From Gemmatimonadota bacterium (lineage in GTDB: Bacteria > Gemmatimonadota > Gemmatimonadetes > Gemmatimonadales > GWC2-71-9), in NCBI GenBank assembly GCA_036679605.1, contig JAZDCZ010000247.1:32001-96000 (forward strand): a DNA stretch of 64,000 nucleotides, in the 5' to 3' direction. Below the pieces are notes generated by a model that was not told the origin of the DNA, did not search any database, and saw only the letters and a list, made by a program, of their open reading frames with translations. The position numbers and the translations under genes were made by a program. This document shows, one piece after another, positions 41,177 to 50,326 of the stretch; position 1 is the first letter of the stretch, and each line of letters begins with the position of its first letter.

Positions 41177-42475
41177 TCAACTTGTAAATGGCAGAGCCTG
41201 AATGATGTTTGCAGTCAAGTGTCGACAACGGGCGCGTTTGTTGAGCCAGGTTGTCGTTGACTGCTTGCGTAGGTACCGAAGCAATGCGCGACACCGCTCA
41301 AGACTGCCATTGTTAGGCTTCACGATGATCAGGTGGTTTTCGACTGCTACCGGCCTCTTCCCCGTGACGATCGCTGCTGCGGCCCGTGGGTCGTCGGTGG
41401 GACGAGAGGTGCGCTTGATAACCACAAAAGGCGGAGTGGTCACGGACCCCTTGAAGCGTCGTTTACACGCAATTCGGCGTATCTCGGCCCAAGGTCGCAC
41501 GTCACGACTCGTGAGATACGCGCGCTTGGGCCCTACGCGCGGTGAATGGCGATGAGGTACCACCGCGCCAACAGCAACTGTACACCTATCGGAAAGACGA
41601 GCTCCTGACTTGGGAGGTCCGGGTAGAAGCAGACGCTTCTTTGTACCCTGAGCACACCGCTTGCAGTCCAACAGGAAAACATCTACATCCGCCCAGGTCG
41701 CAAACTGGCCCAGCAGCGCAACGTGATTCACGGTGGCGATTCTGCGGATGTACTCCCGCCATGCACGATATCTAGGCCCCGACCTAAGAACTTCGGGAAG
41801 AATTGCCACCAATCGTGTTCGGTCTGGCGTATTTTCCAAACACTCAGTAATGAACAACGCCGCCTTATTGATAGAGCCCGTAGCCCAGCCACAATGCTCT
41901 GGCGCCGCGTCTATCGTGAACGGAGGATTGAGCACTAAGGTGACGGGACGTTCAAAATCCGTCCAATCGTCGTAGAAATCACCCGTGCGGATGTTGGGAA
42001 ACGCTGGTTCATCAAGGAGCGCATTGACTTCACGGAACGATTTATGGCGGCTTGCAGCCAGCAGCACCAGTCGGGTCTTTGCCGCATCAACAAACTCCCG
42101 ATGCTGATCTATCCCATAAACAATCTTCTCCCACTGGCGAATGGTTTTGAAGAGCGTGCTCTTGAGAGGGAGCCTTCTTGCGCAAGCAATCAAGAGGTCT
42201 CCGGCACCACAAGCTGGATCTACAATTGGTGCTCGTGCGGGAACCCGTCCCTGTACAACTGCCCGTGCAGCAAGCTCGCAAGCAAGTCGTTGTGGCGTAA
42301 AGAAGGCACCGATTGCCCTCAAGCAGAGGACGGAAACAACCTCCCGAAGAGCACGCGACGGCCCTCCGTCAAGGGCCGCCGAAAGCAAGGAGACGTCTTG
42401 GGAATCAGGTTTGTCGACCGCAAGGCTGCGACCCAACTGGTCGAGTGTCGCTACATAAGAGTCAAATGCCTTCAC
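41177..42475 (-). CDS. N6-adenine DNA methyltransferase (gamma class) with C-terminal target-recognition region
   Basis: GAFFTP, DPACGAGDLL (motif I), LNPPF (motif IV). Confidence 0.85.
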   Translation of the reverse strand: MKAFDSYVATLDQLGRSLAVDKPDSQDVSLLSAALDGGPSRALREVVSVLCLRAIGAFFTPQRLACELAARAVVQGRVPARAPIVDPACGAGDLLIACARRLPLKSTLFKTIRQWEKIVYGIDQHREFVDAAKTRLVLLAASRHKSFREVNALLDEPAFPNIRTGDFYDDWTDFERPVTLVLNPPFTIDAAPEHCGWATGSINKAALFITECLENTPDRTRLVAILPEVLRSGPRYRAWREYIRRIATVNHVALLGQFATWADVDVFLLDCKRCAQGTKKRLLLPGPPKSGARLSDRCTVAVGAVVPHRHSPRVGPKRAYLTSRDVRPWAEIRRIACKRRFKGSVTTPPFVVIKRTSRPTDDPRAAAAIVTGKRPVAVENHLIIVKPNNGSLERCRALLRYLRKQSTTTWLNKRARCRHLTANIIQALPFTS

Positions 42476-42817
42476 AACAGCCCTGACCGCTCGGTGTCAC
42501 CGGCACCCACGTGCAAGAGCTTGCGCTGATTGAGATCCATGTGAGACTCTCTTGGGGCGAGGCTGCCTTCTACCGAATCTGCCAAACACCTGCCGGCGAC
42601 TCGCCCGCTGGCAGTATGACATAGAACGTATCGAGAGCATGCGAGCTCCGCGGAGAAACGTTCCGTCGCCCGGCACCTGGCGCTCCGTGAATTACATCTG
42701 CTCATCGCATTTGATACAGAGGAATTTCCACGCACGGTCTTACAGGGGCACAGCCGACCACGGGCTATTGCTCAGCCAGAAATGTAGCGGTCCCGGTTTA
42801 TTGGACAAGTGGGCAGC

Positions 42818-43544
42818 TTAATCAGGCCGCCTTTCTCGTGAGCGATTGACGGATGTCGACCGAGGTCCGATGGCCGTTCCTTTCGATGGGCCACTCACGA
42901 TTGTACTTCTCGATAAACTTGCCAATCCACTCATTCGCTCCTCGATTTCCTTGACCTCTTGTAGCGCTCGTGCCACAAGTTCGTTGATTGTGGTCATATC
43001 TGAATGACGTGAGGACTCTTTAAAGGATTTCAACTGATTTGTATATATAGGAAATAATCGTCGTTGAAGCAGCTCCAGCGTTCCTCTCAACTCACGAACG
43101 TCTTCCATGGTGTCCTGCCACGCGGATTGCATCACTTGCAGTTCCTGCTCTTGCTTCCGAATCCGTTCTCCGGCGAGCCGGTCCCAACACCCGAAGTGAT
43201 TCGATGACGTCTGCTGGGCTCTCTTCGGGTAACTCTCTTCTGGGTTCCTTAATGCAGCTACTCGGCGTCGACGAAACAGTCGGTGGTGTCACAGATTCGG
43301 CGTTTCGCTCGGTCCGAGTGGGTTGTGCCTTTGTGCCTGAACCAACCCTTGCCGACTGAATGGCGTTAGTGCCGTCAACAACACCCTGAGGCGTCGATGT
43401 AACGCTTGTCTAGATAGTGTCTGCGGATTCAGCTACGGGGTCCAACCCAAGATACTTTCGGATCTCAGGAACAACTAACAGCGCAGCGGCCGCAGTAATT
43501 GCTAGGAGAACGAGCTTGAAGGTTCGGACACTACTCGGCGCCAT
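42818..43544 (-). pseudogene. Decayed membrane-anchored coiled-coil protein
   Basis: TM leader (LVLLAITAAAALLVVPEIR), in-frame TAG near 43410, low-complexity linker, frame change into the helical 42818-43135 ORF. Confidence 0.4.
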
Positions 43545-43645
43545 TTAGTTGTCTATGCTCCATCGAGAGGGCTGTTCGTCATTCTCAAGAGACTCAGCAT
43601 ACTACTAACCCATTGTAGGAAATCTACGCTGAGTTGTCGATAACT

Positions 43646-43805
43646 CTATCCCCGCCTCCTCGGATTCTCGGCCTCACGACCTCTTTGAACGGTCGGAAGA
43701 ACTGACTTAGGCTCACGCCCAGCGCCACCAAGATTGCGCCGCCAGTGTCTCCACCGTAACGCCGCTCTCACCGCGTTCCAGCCTACCTACGGAGGTACGG
43801 TGCAC
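43646..43805 (-). pseudogene. XRE-family HTH gene 3' half, copy 3 of 3
   Basis: VHRTSVGRLERGESGVTVETLA [frameshift] LVALGVSLSQFFRPFKEVVRPR. Confidence 0.75.
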
Positions 43806-44024
43806 ACTGATTGCGCACGCGTTTTCGGCAAGTTTTGGAGTGTCAACGGGCGTCAATTTTCTGCCCCTTTCACGCGATTTGCGTCCGTGAGCGTCAGTGG
43901 GCGTTGTGACAATGTTGTTACAAGAGCGGCCTGAGAGTGCAGTCTATTTCCACTCTCGCTCTATCGCATTTCCAGCCCCATCTTATTCCCTACTTATGTC
44001 CCGAGAAGGTGCCGTGGGCGAGAG

Positions 44025-44648
44025 ATGATTGACAGAGACCACTCGGAGTCCCCTGTGTCGCAGGCCATGCGGGTGGATTCCGCCGAGTTCGAAGCGTTGC
44101 GCCTGCGCACGCACGAATTCTTGTCCGATGTTCCGCTCCACGATATTTGGCGCCTGCGACTGCTTGGTGGTGGTCCGGGCCACACGGTGCGCGATATGGT
44201 CACGATGTTCGTCGATGCCGAGAGCACTGGGGTCAACCCCGTGTCCCGCGCCCTTTTCGCGCTCCGCAGGATGATGGGACGGGCGTTCGGCTGGGATCGT
44301 GAAACTCCAAACGCACGCACGCTTTCTTACGTCAATCGAGTGACCACGGAGGACCGCGCCCGCTCGCTCGAAGCACCCGGCTCAAAGCGCGGATTCTGGA
44401 CCGTCGTCTATACCTTCGAGCGCGAGGCGCTGGGAGAAGTCATCAACCGCACCGTGCATGCGTTCCTACTGTTCGCCCTCGAGCCGGCGGCGGATGGATA
44501 CATCCTTTACTGGGCGGTTTACGTAAAACCGGTGAGCCGATTCACGCCGTTCTACATGGCGCTGATCGATCCCTTTCGGCGGCTTATAATCTACCCCACC
44601 CTCATTCGCCGGTTAGAGGAAGTCTGGCGGCGAGAATGGGAGGGCTAG
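44025..44648 (+). CDS. DUF2867-family protein
   Basis: LFALRRMMGRAFGWD, YMALIDPFRRLIIYP. Confidence 0.72.
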   Translation: MIDRDHSESPVSQAMRVDSAEFEALRLRTHEFLSDVPLHDIWRLRLLGGGPGHTVRDMVTMFVDAESTGVNPVSRALFALRRMMGRAFGWDRETPNARTLSYVNRVTTEDRARSLEAPGSKRGFWTVVYTFEREALGEVINRTVHAFLLFALEPAADGYILYWAVYVKPVSRFTPFYMALIDPFRRLIIYPTLIRRLEEVWRREWEG

Positions 44649-45247
44649 GAATAGCGAGGAGGCGCAGGTAGTCATTGCGAGCCGCATGCCTGATCCAGAC
44701 CGCACCACTCAACCCCGGTGGCTCCGACACCGACTGATTGAAACCGAGTGGACCGTGGCGCCACATGGGTGCAAAAAACGGATAGTCCCCACGAAGACAT
44801 TCGCTGTCCCTTGAGGACCGGCGGGTTCCCGTTAAGGTGCCCGTTTCTCCCGGCAAAGTACGGCATGAAGTACGGCAGAATGTCGTTGCCAACGCTCGAA
44901 AGTCCCGAAAAACCGGCAGAATGTCGTGATTCCTATGTCCCCTGGCCTGAATGGGGTTGACGCCCCCATTACATCCCCTCCCCACTCGCGTCCGCTAAAC
45001 GCGTCAGGGGGTTCTGGGTTGACTTGCGGTGGCTGAAGCCATCCTCGGTCCGCTTCGCGTCAAATCCCGGCGTCCCGATTTTGTAACACTAAGCCAGGTA
45101 ACCAGTTAGGTTGCCCGGCTTCTGCCGTTGTACCCCGCCCAAGCAGTACACCAATACTTGTTACTAATACTCTTGCGGGGCAAGCCCGACACGCAAACGG
45201 GCGAATGACTGACTTAGTAAGTATGGAAGCCAACCATACTCGGTGCA

Positions 45248-45742
45248 TTGCGTGCGGAGCTTGATGATGATGAGGCGCGGGTGTGTGAGGCTGCCACCGC
45301 TTACAAGGAAGCAGTCGACCGCTTGAACGCGCGGTTTGGAGCGCTCGCAAAGCTCAGAGCCGAAGCGAACGCGCTAGCAGATCGCTTTCCTGACGTGGTC
45401 GCTCCGACGCTTGCGCCGGTCATCGAACCCGCGAGGCGTAAGGCGTGTATTGCGGCGGCACTGGTTGTGGATGGCATCGCGTTCGACCACAGCCGCTTGA
45501 GGTCGCCCAACATCGAGCACGACGAACACCGCCTACGTACACGGCGTACCTATGAGGAAGTCACCGGCACACCGGCTGGCGAGATCATCAGTGCTACGGG
45601 GTTGCAGCAGTGGCCGGAGCTGAGTGCAAAGCAACGTGAGATTGTGGCGTTGCGCGAGCGTGAGAAGCGGGACGAAGCGGATACCGCGCAGCAATTCGGA
45701 GTGGAGGCCGGGCGCAGCGTCCAACGCGTCCGCGTGGGTTGA
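45248..45742 (+). CDS. Hypothetical helical protein, probably a 5'-truncated mobile-element remnant
   Basis: Open frame with a weak TTG start and no recognisable motif. Confidence 0.35.
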   Translation: MRAELDDDEARVCEAATAYKEAVDRLNARFGALAKLRAEANALADRFPDVVAPTLAPVIEPARRKACIAAALVVDGIAFDHSRLRSPNIEHDEHRLRTRRTYEEVTGTPAGEIISATGLQQWPELSAKQREIVALREREKRDEADTAQQFGVEAGRSVQRVRVG

Positions 45743-45911
45743 CTAGGGGAGCGAGCCCGGCGTCGCCCGCTCGCCCGGCTCCCACGGACGCACGGAACCC
45801 TAGGGCCGTTCGCCATTGCCCTTGACAACGGGCATGAACGTATCGCAACATCTATATCCTTTGCGCAGATCGCTTCTTACTAGCCCCCGACTTTCACGCG
45901 GAGCCTGACGG

Positions 45912-46826
45912 GTGACGATCGCAGTTTGTTGTACCTTGGCTGATGGGGTGGTGCTTGGCACAGATAGTGCTATCACCGTAATGGGCACAACGCAGACGCC
46001 GAAGGGACCCCAGTCGGGAGTGTTGAAGGTTTATAACGAGGCCGAGAAGGTATTCGGCTTTCACATCGACGAGGCTAAGGACCTGAGGTTGCCGGTGGGC
46101 TTCGTAACCTTCGGCCTTGCCGTCTTGGGGAACAGAACAATCGAGAGCTTCGTTCGGGAGTTCGAGATCAAGAACCCGCCAGCCGTGCTCATGAAGCTCA
46201 CGATGGAGGAGCTGTGTCGCAAACTCCACGAGTTCTTCCAGGAACCGTACATCACGCTTCTCGGCGAGGTGCTAAAGCTGCAGGGCAAGAAGCTGGACGA
46301 CATCCCCCCGCAACAACGAGCGCTGGGCATGTTCGTGGGTGGGTTCTCACCGGAAGAACCCCTACCGGAGGCGTGGGAGGTCAACATCCACCTAGAGAAC
46401 GCGGATGGCGTGAAGCAAGTACGCGCCCCGGGCGACTTCGGCTCGAACTGGGGCGGCCAGTTTACGGGGGTATATCGGTTTCACAAGGGGTATGACGACA
46501 AGGCGATTGACGCGCTCCTCGAAGCGCTCGTCACGGAGTACAAGATGCTAGATCCGAAGAACGAAAAGGACCGTGCGAAGGTCGTCGCCCTTGTGCATAG
46601 CGCCTTAGCTCCATTTGAGTACATGGTTCCGTTTGCTGCTATGCCGCTGCAAGAGGGCATTGATTACACGGCGTTCCTGCTGGATATGATGATACTGCAG
46701 CACCGATTCGTAATCGGGGCTCCAACTTGTGGAGGCAGCGTTCGTATCGCTGTGATTAGGAAGCACGAGGGATTCCAATGGGTGGCAGGTCAGCGTCTCG
46801 AGGTAAAGGGGAAACGTTATGCCTAG
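45912..46826 (+). CDS. Proteasome beta-subunit-like Ntn hydrolase
   Basis: N-terminal (M)TIAV...GVVLGTDS with Thr1, MFVGGF, C-terminal MPLQEGID...TCGGSVRIAVI. Confidence 0.68.
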   Translation: MTIAVCCTLADGVVLGTDSAITVMGTTQTPKGPQSGVLKVYNEAEKVFGFHIDEAKDLRLPVGFVTFGLAVLGNRTIESFVREFEIKNPPAVLMKLTMEELCRKLHEFFQEPYITLLGEVLKLQGKKLDDIPPQQRALGMFVGGFSPEEPLPEAWEVNIHLENADGVKQVRAPGDFGSNWGGQFTGVYRFHKGYDDKAIDALLEALVTEYKMLDPKNEKDRAKVVALVHSALAPFEYMVPFAAMPLQEGIDYTAFLLDMMILQHRFVIGAPTCGGSVRIAVIRKHEGFQWVAGQRLEVKGKRYA

Positions 46827-47061
46827 GATACTTGAGGAGATTGTCAGCTCCGGGACCACGAACACTAACATCTTGCTTGGTTCCCTGTTCCAGGAACCGG
46901 ACGTGCTGGTCGGCGTCTGGAACACCGCCGAGATCGGTTTTGACCCATCGGCGCCGACAGATTTGATCGAGCGGTCGCCGCGACCATTGTCCGCCCTCGC
47001 GGACCTCGCGGTGGATCTCGGTCCGGCCGACCTGTCCACCACCTTCCAGGGGCGGAGGTAG
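46819..47061 (+). CDS. Putative antitoxin
   Basis: 80-aa acidic ORF directly upstream of a PIN gene; ends LADLAVDLGPADLS. Confidence 0.45.
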   Translation: MPRILEEIVSSGTTNTNILLGSLFQEPDVLVGVWNTAEIGFDPSAPTDLIERSPRPLSALADLAVDLGPADLSTTFQGRR

Positions 47062-47067
47062 GAGGGC

Positions 47068-47487
47068 CTGCCAGGTTCGGTATTCCTTGATTCCGCCTAC
47101 CTCATCGCCCTTCTCCACAAGCGCGATCAGAACCGCGAGAGTGCTCTTGAATGGAAAGCGATAATCGAGGACGCTCAGACCCCCCTTCTCACCACCGAGT
47201 TTTGTCTCTTGGAGGTGGTTGACTTCCTGTCCCACCGTGGATACCGCGAAGTCGCTCGCAGGTTAGTAGCTGAGCTTCAGGGGGGCGCGCTCGTAACAAT
47301 CACACCGTGCTCCAGCTCGCTCTTTCGCCGCGGTGTGGAGCTTCATGCCCAGCGGGACGACAAGACCTGGAGTCTCACGGACTGCATAAGCATCGTCGTC
47401 ATGCAAGACAACTCGATCACGAGTGTCCTGACCTTCGACCACGATTTCGTGGAGGCCGGAATGCGAGCGCTGCCTCTCGCCGAATAG
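47068..47487 (+). CDS. vapC: PIN-domain (VapC-like) toxin, apparent CTG start
   Basis: Manual translation VFLDSAYLIAL...TTEFCLLE...WSLTDCIS...LTFDHDF; no ATG/GTG/TTG before the first PIN Asp. Confidence 0.8.
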   Translation: MPGSVFLDSAYLIALLHKRDQNRESALEWKAIIEDAQTPLLTTEFCLLEVVDFLSHRGYREVARRLVAELQGGALVTITPCSSSLFRRGVELHAQRDDKTWSLTDCISIVVMQDNSITSVLTFDHDFVEAGMRALPLAE

Positions 47488-47520
47488 GCTGGCACTCTGC
47501 TGCTCCGAGCACCGGCTTGC

Positions 47521-47988
47521 CTAGTCATGGAACCACTCGATGCAGTTTGCCTCGGCTTGCTGGTGGCGACGCGTCTCAAGTTGGACCAACACACCGTATT
47601 GATATCCAAGTTGTACCCTCATGGCTTGTACTCGCTGGCGGTCACAACCACCGTCATCCGGATTCGTGGTCTTCTTTAGCTCCATTACTAGCACGTTCGG
47701 CCCGTCGCGACCGCGACGATGCACGATAATATCTGGGACAACCAGCGCCTCGTCATTTTCGTCACGGGCGTTGGCGCACTCGTCGGACAAACCTAGACGT
47801 TTGGGCGCCAGACCGGCACGATTGTACTCGACATCTACGAAGTGAGAAGGGAACACGCTCTGGAGGTAAAGGGCCAGGCGACCGGCGATGCACTGCTCAT
47901 GCAGATCATATTCGAACAGATATCGGTCGTTGAGGAGCAGAGCCTCAAGAGCGGTGTCAACCCGGGCTTGAACTACGTCGAACTCCAT
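47521..47988 (-). CDS. PD-(D/E)XK-like nuclease-fold protein
   Basis: HEQCIA...VDVEYNR...PDIIVHRRG...VMELKK. Confidence 0.65.
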   Translation of the reverse strand: MEFDVVQARVDTALEALLLNDRYLFEYDLHEQCIAGRLALYLQSVFPSHFVDVEYNRAGLAPKRLGLSDECANARDENDEALVVPDIIVHRRGRDGPNVLVMELKKTTNPDDGGCDRQRVQAMRVQLGYQYGVLVQLETRRHQQAEANCIEWFHD

Positions 47989-48013
47989 GTCATCCCTCCG
48001 AGCAAGCTGCCCT

Positions 48014-48839
48014 ATTAGGCTGCACCGCTCATGGGCTTAACAAAGCAGCGTCGGCAGCCACATGTTCGATCGAGAATGCGTACCCGATACCAACGTTCGC
48101 GGACCGTTGAATCTCCCGTGCGAGCTGCTTCATCTGGTTTTGGCCCACAATTAGTGCCTGGACGGGGTCAACGCCGCCAATACTCATGGTAGCGCGTGGC
48201 TTCTGAAGTTCAGCGATGTTCTGGTCGAATACTTGATTCAGATGATCAAACTGGTTGGTCAACCCAGTGGCCTTTCTAGTGATGATCCCGACTACTGAAC
48301 CCGATGACCTTTCGAGAAGAGGGCCACCTGAGTTGCTCTGATTGATGCTAGCATCTAGCTGAATGATATCAACGCCGCCGCTTTGGTAGCGCGATGATAC
48401 GATCCCTGCGTGACAGACCAAGTTTAAATGTTCGAAGGGATAGCCTAGAAACACGATCTCCTGGCCAACCACAACGTCGTCTGGGTTTCCAAACGTTAAG
48501 TCAAATCCGCCGCGTTCGATTATCTCTGGAATGTCGAGGATCGCATAGTCGTGATGATCTTCGTCCGACCCGGACACTAGGCGGCCGCGAAAGTCATCAC
48601 CGGTCAGCGTGACTCCGTCGTAGACATCGTCAGGATCACTGTCGTGAGCACGAATGACGACCTGGGCATCGTTGGGACCCGCAAAGACGTGATTGTTCGT
48701 GATCACTCGCCCAAGGGCAGTGAATGCTGTGCCCGAGGCGAGACAGCGCCCTGCTTGCACAAAGACGATATGCAGTACGGCGGAGCGGCACTGATCGTAT
48801 AGTTCAGTAACGGTCATTACTGTCCTCGTGCAGCCTAAC
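48014..48839 (-). mobile_element. Integron gene-cassette-like unit around the trypsin gene
   Basis: Minus strand GTTAGGCTGCAC before the RBS and GTGCAGCCTAAT just after the stop, resembling complementary core and inverse-core sites. Confidence 0.6.
48029..48817 (-). CDS. Trypsin-like serine protease, cytoplasmic
   Basis: SGTAF, ITNNHV, DYAIL, NSGGPL; GAGGA RBS before the ATG at 48817. Confidence 0.82.
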   Translation of the reverse strand: MTVTELYDQCRSAVLHIVFVQAGRCLASGTAFTALGRVITNNHVFAGPNDAQVVIRAHDSDPDDVYDGVTLTGDDFRGRLVSGSDEDHHDYAILDIPEIIERGGFDLTFGNPDDVVVGQEIVFLGYPFEHLNLVCHAGIVSSRYQSGGVDIIQLDASINQSNSGGPLLERSSGSVVGIITRKATGLTNQFDHLNQVFDQNIAELQKPRATMSIGGVDPVQALIVGQNQMKQLAREIQRSANVGIGYAFSIEHVAADAALLSP

Positions 48840-48919
48840 AAGTGTTCGGCGACTCCCGTAACGGGTTCGCATCCTACCCCCAGTCGCGCAGCGAATATGC
48901 AGTCAACAGTGCCTCCTGG
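48830..48919. repeat. attC-like hairpin repeat, copy 2 of 3
   Basis: GCCTAAC...GCGACT...AACGGGTTCGCATCCTAC...AGTCGC. Confidence 0.65.
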
Positions 48920-49284
48920 TAAGATGCTGTGTGGGCAGGGTCCACAGCGAACACACTTGATCTCCAGCGAACTCCGTTGCAGCACAAAGACACCGGGTTG
49001 CAGTCACTCATCGACAGAATTTCTTGAGCATCACCATGGGGCACAACGGCCTAGCATGCACTAACCGTTTGACTCACAATACAGTAGCAACTACGCGGCA
49101 AGAAACCCCTATTGGGGTGTAATTCTTGCGGTTTCAAAACCCGTTCGATCTGTTGTGTCCTCTCCAGTACCCGGCCGTCAGGTTGTAGTTCAGCATTGGA
49201 AGCGGTCCTTCTGCTTGGGAGTTGTCCCAAGCAGGGTACGCGACTGCACATGAAGAATTATGTAAGTGGAAAGAGGAACTAGTG

Positions 49285-50019
49285 ATGAAACGACTAATCG
49301 CCATGGCACTTGCCCTCACGGTATTAGCATGTGCTGACCAACCTACTAGTCTCGACGATCCTGGAGAGATCAGCGTTTCCATCGTATCCGGTGACGGCCA
49401 AACCGGGCCAGCACACACGGAACTTCCGGAAGCCCTGGTAGTCAGAGCAAAGCAGAACGGCAATCCTTGGGACAGCAAGGTAGTGAACTTTGTGGTTACG
49501 AAGGGTGGCGGATCTGTGTTCGCGGGGGCAGCCTCAACTGACAACCAGGGTTTCGCAAGAGAGTTCTGGACTCTGGGTGATGCCGGTCCACAAGAATTGC
49601 AGGTCCGTGCGGTAGGTAGCCAGACAGGCGAAAAGCTCGTCTTTGCCACGTTCACCGCTACAGCGATTGTTCCACCGACGCCGAGCTTTGTCCAGTGTTT
49701 AAGCGGAGACGGTACGTGGCAGTTCAACGGCTCGTGCGGGTGGCCAGCACAAGTCGCTGGTTCAGTTTTTCAGGTAACTTTCAGAGTGTTGGATGCCGAC
49801 GGAGTTCGAGTTGTAGCCGGTGTACAGATGACCTTTGAAGTAGACCCAACCTGCTTGGGGTTATGTGATAATCCTGGCAGCGTTGTACCGACCTCTGCGG
49901 TTACGGACGCAGATGGTCAGGTCACAGTTGACTGGACACTCGGTCCAAACGCTGGGAGCAATCGTCTGCTTGCCGGAATTCTGAATGGGAACGTCGGGGT
50001 CTGGATGACGGGCAACTGA
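49285..50019 (+). CDS. Lipoprotein with two Big_1/Ig-like domains
   Basis: Lipobox VLAC, SIVSGDGQTG, two TDxxG...WTLG units. Confidence 0.78.
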   Translation: MKRLIAMALALTVLACADQPTSLDDPGEISVSIVSGDGQTGPAHTELPEALVVRAKQNGNPWDSKVVNFVVTKGGGSVFAGAASTDNQGFAREFWTLGDAGPQELQVRAVGSQTGEKLVFATFTATAIVPPTPSFVQCLSGDGTWQFNGSCGWPAQVAGSVFQVTFRVLDADGVRVVAGVQMTFEVDPTCLGLCDNPGSVVPTSAVTDADGQVTVDWTLGPNAGSNRLLAGILNGNVGVWMTGN

Positions 50020-50057
50020 GTTGGCCGGTCGGTTATCGACAATGGGTGTGAGGGGTT

Positions 50058-50124
50058 TTCCCGCAACGGGTTCGCATCCTACCCCAAGTCGCGTAGCGAA
50101 TATGTCGCCAAGAGCGCCTCTTGG
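50058..50124. repeat. attC-like hairpin repeat, copy 3 of 3
   Basis: About 65 bp alignable with 48855-48919. Confidence 0.65.
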
Positions 50125-50326
50125 ATAGCGGGTAGCAGCGCTGTGCATAAGATTCACGATGGGACTTGATGACTGATGTTGCGGCGGCTGTGATAGTACG
50201 AACAGGTAGGTATTTGATCTGAGCGAGTATGTTAATCATGATGGGTAGACTTGCGACGGGTTGTTGCTTGACCCAATGTACTTCCGCTCGATTGCGAAGA
50301 GGATGGAAAAGGGTGATGTTGCCTCG

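Noticed and set aside
34938..43805. The 160-bp repeats as a structured ncRNA family
   Set aside because: The minus strand translates to a recognisable XRE HTH C-terminal half, so they are better explained as gene fragments.
45085..45240. AT-rich imperfect dyads (TTACTAA / TTAGTAA) resembling a resolvase or replication site
   Set aside because: The matches are short and no cognate recombinase or Rep gene is nearby.
26181..50124. Possible CRISPR array from the several repeat families
   Set aside because: Repeats occur in only 2-3 copies separated by hundreds to thousands of bases of genes; there are no regular spacers and no cas genes.
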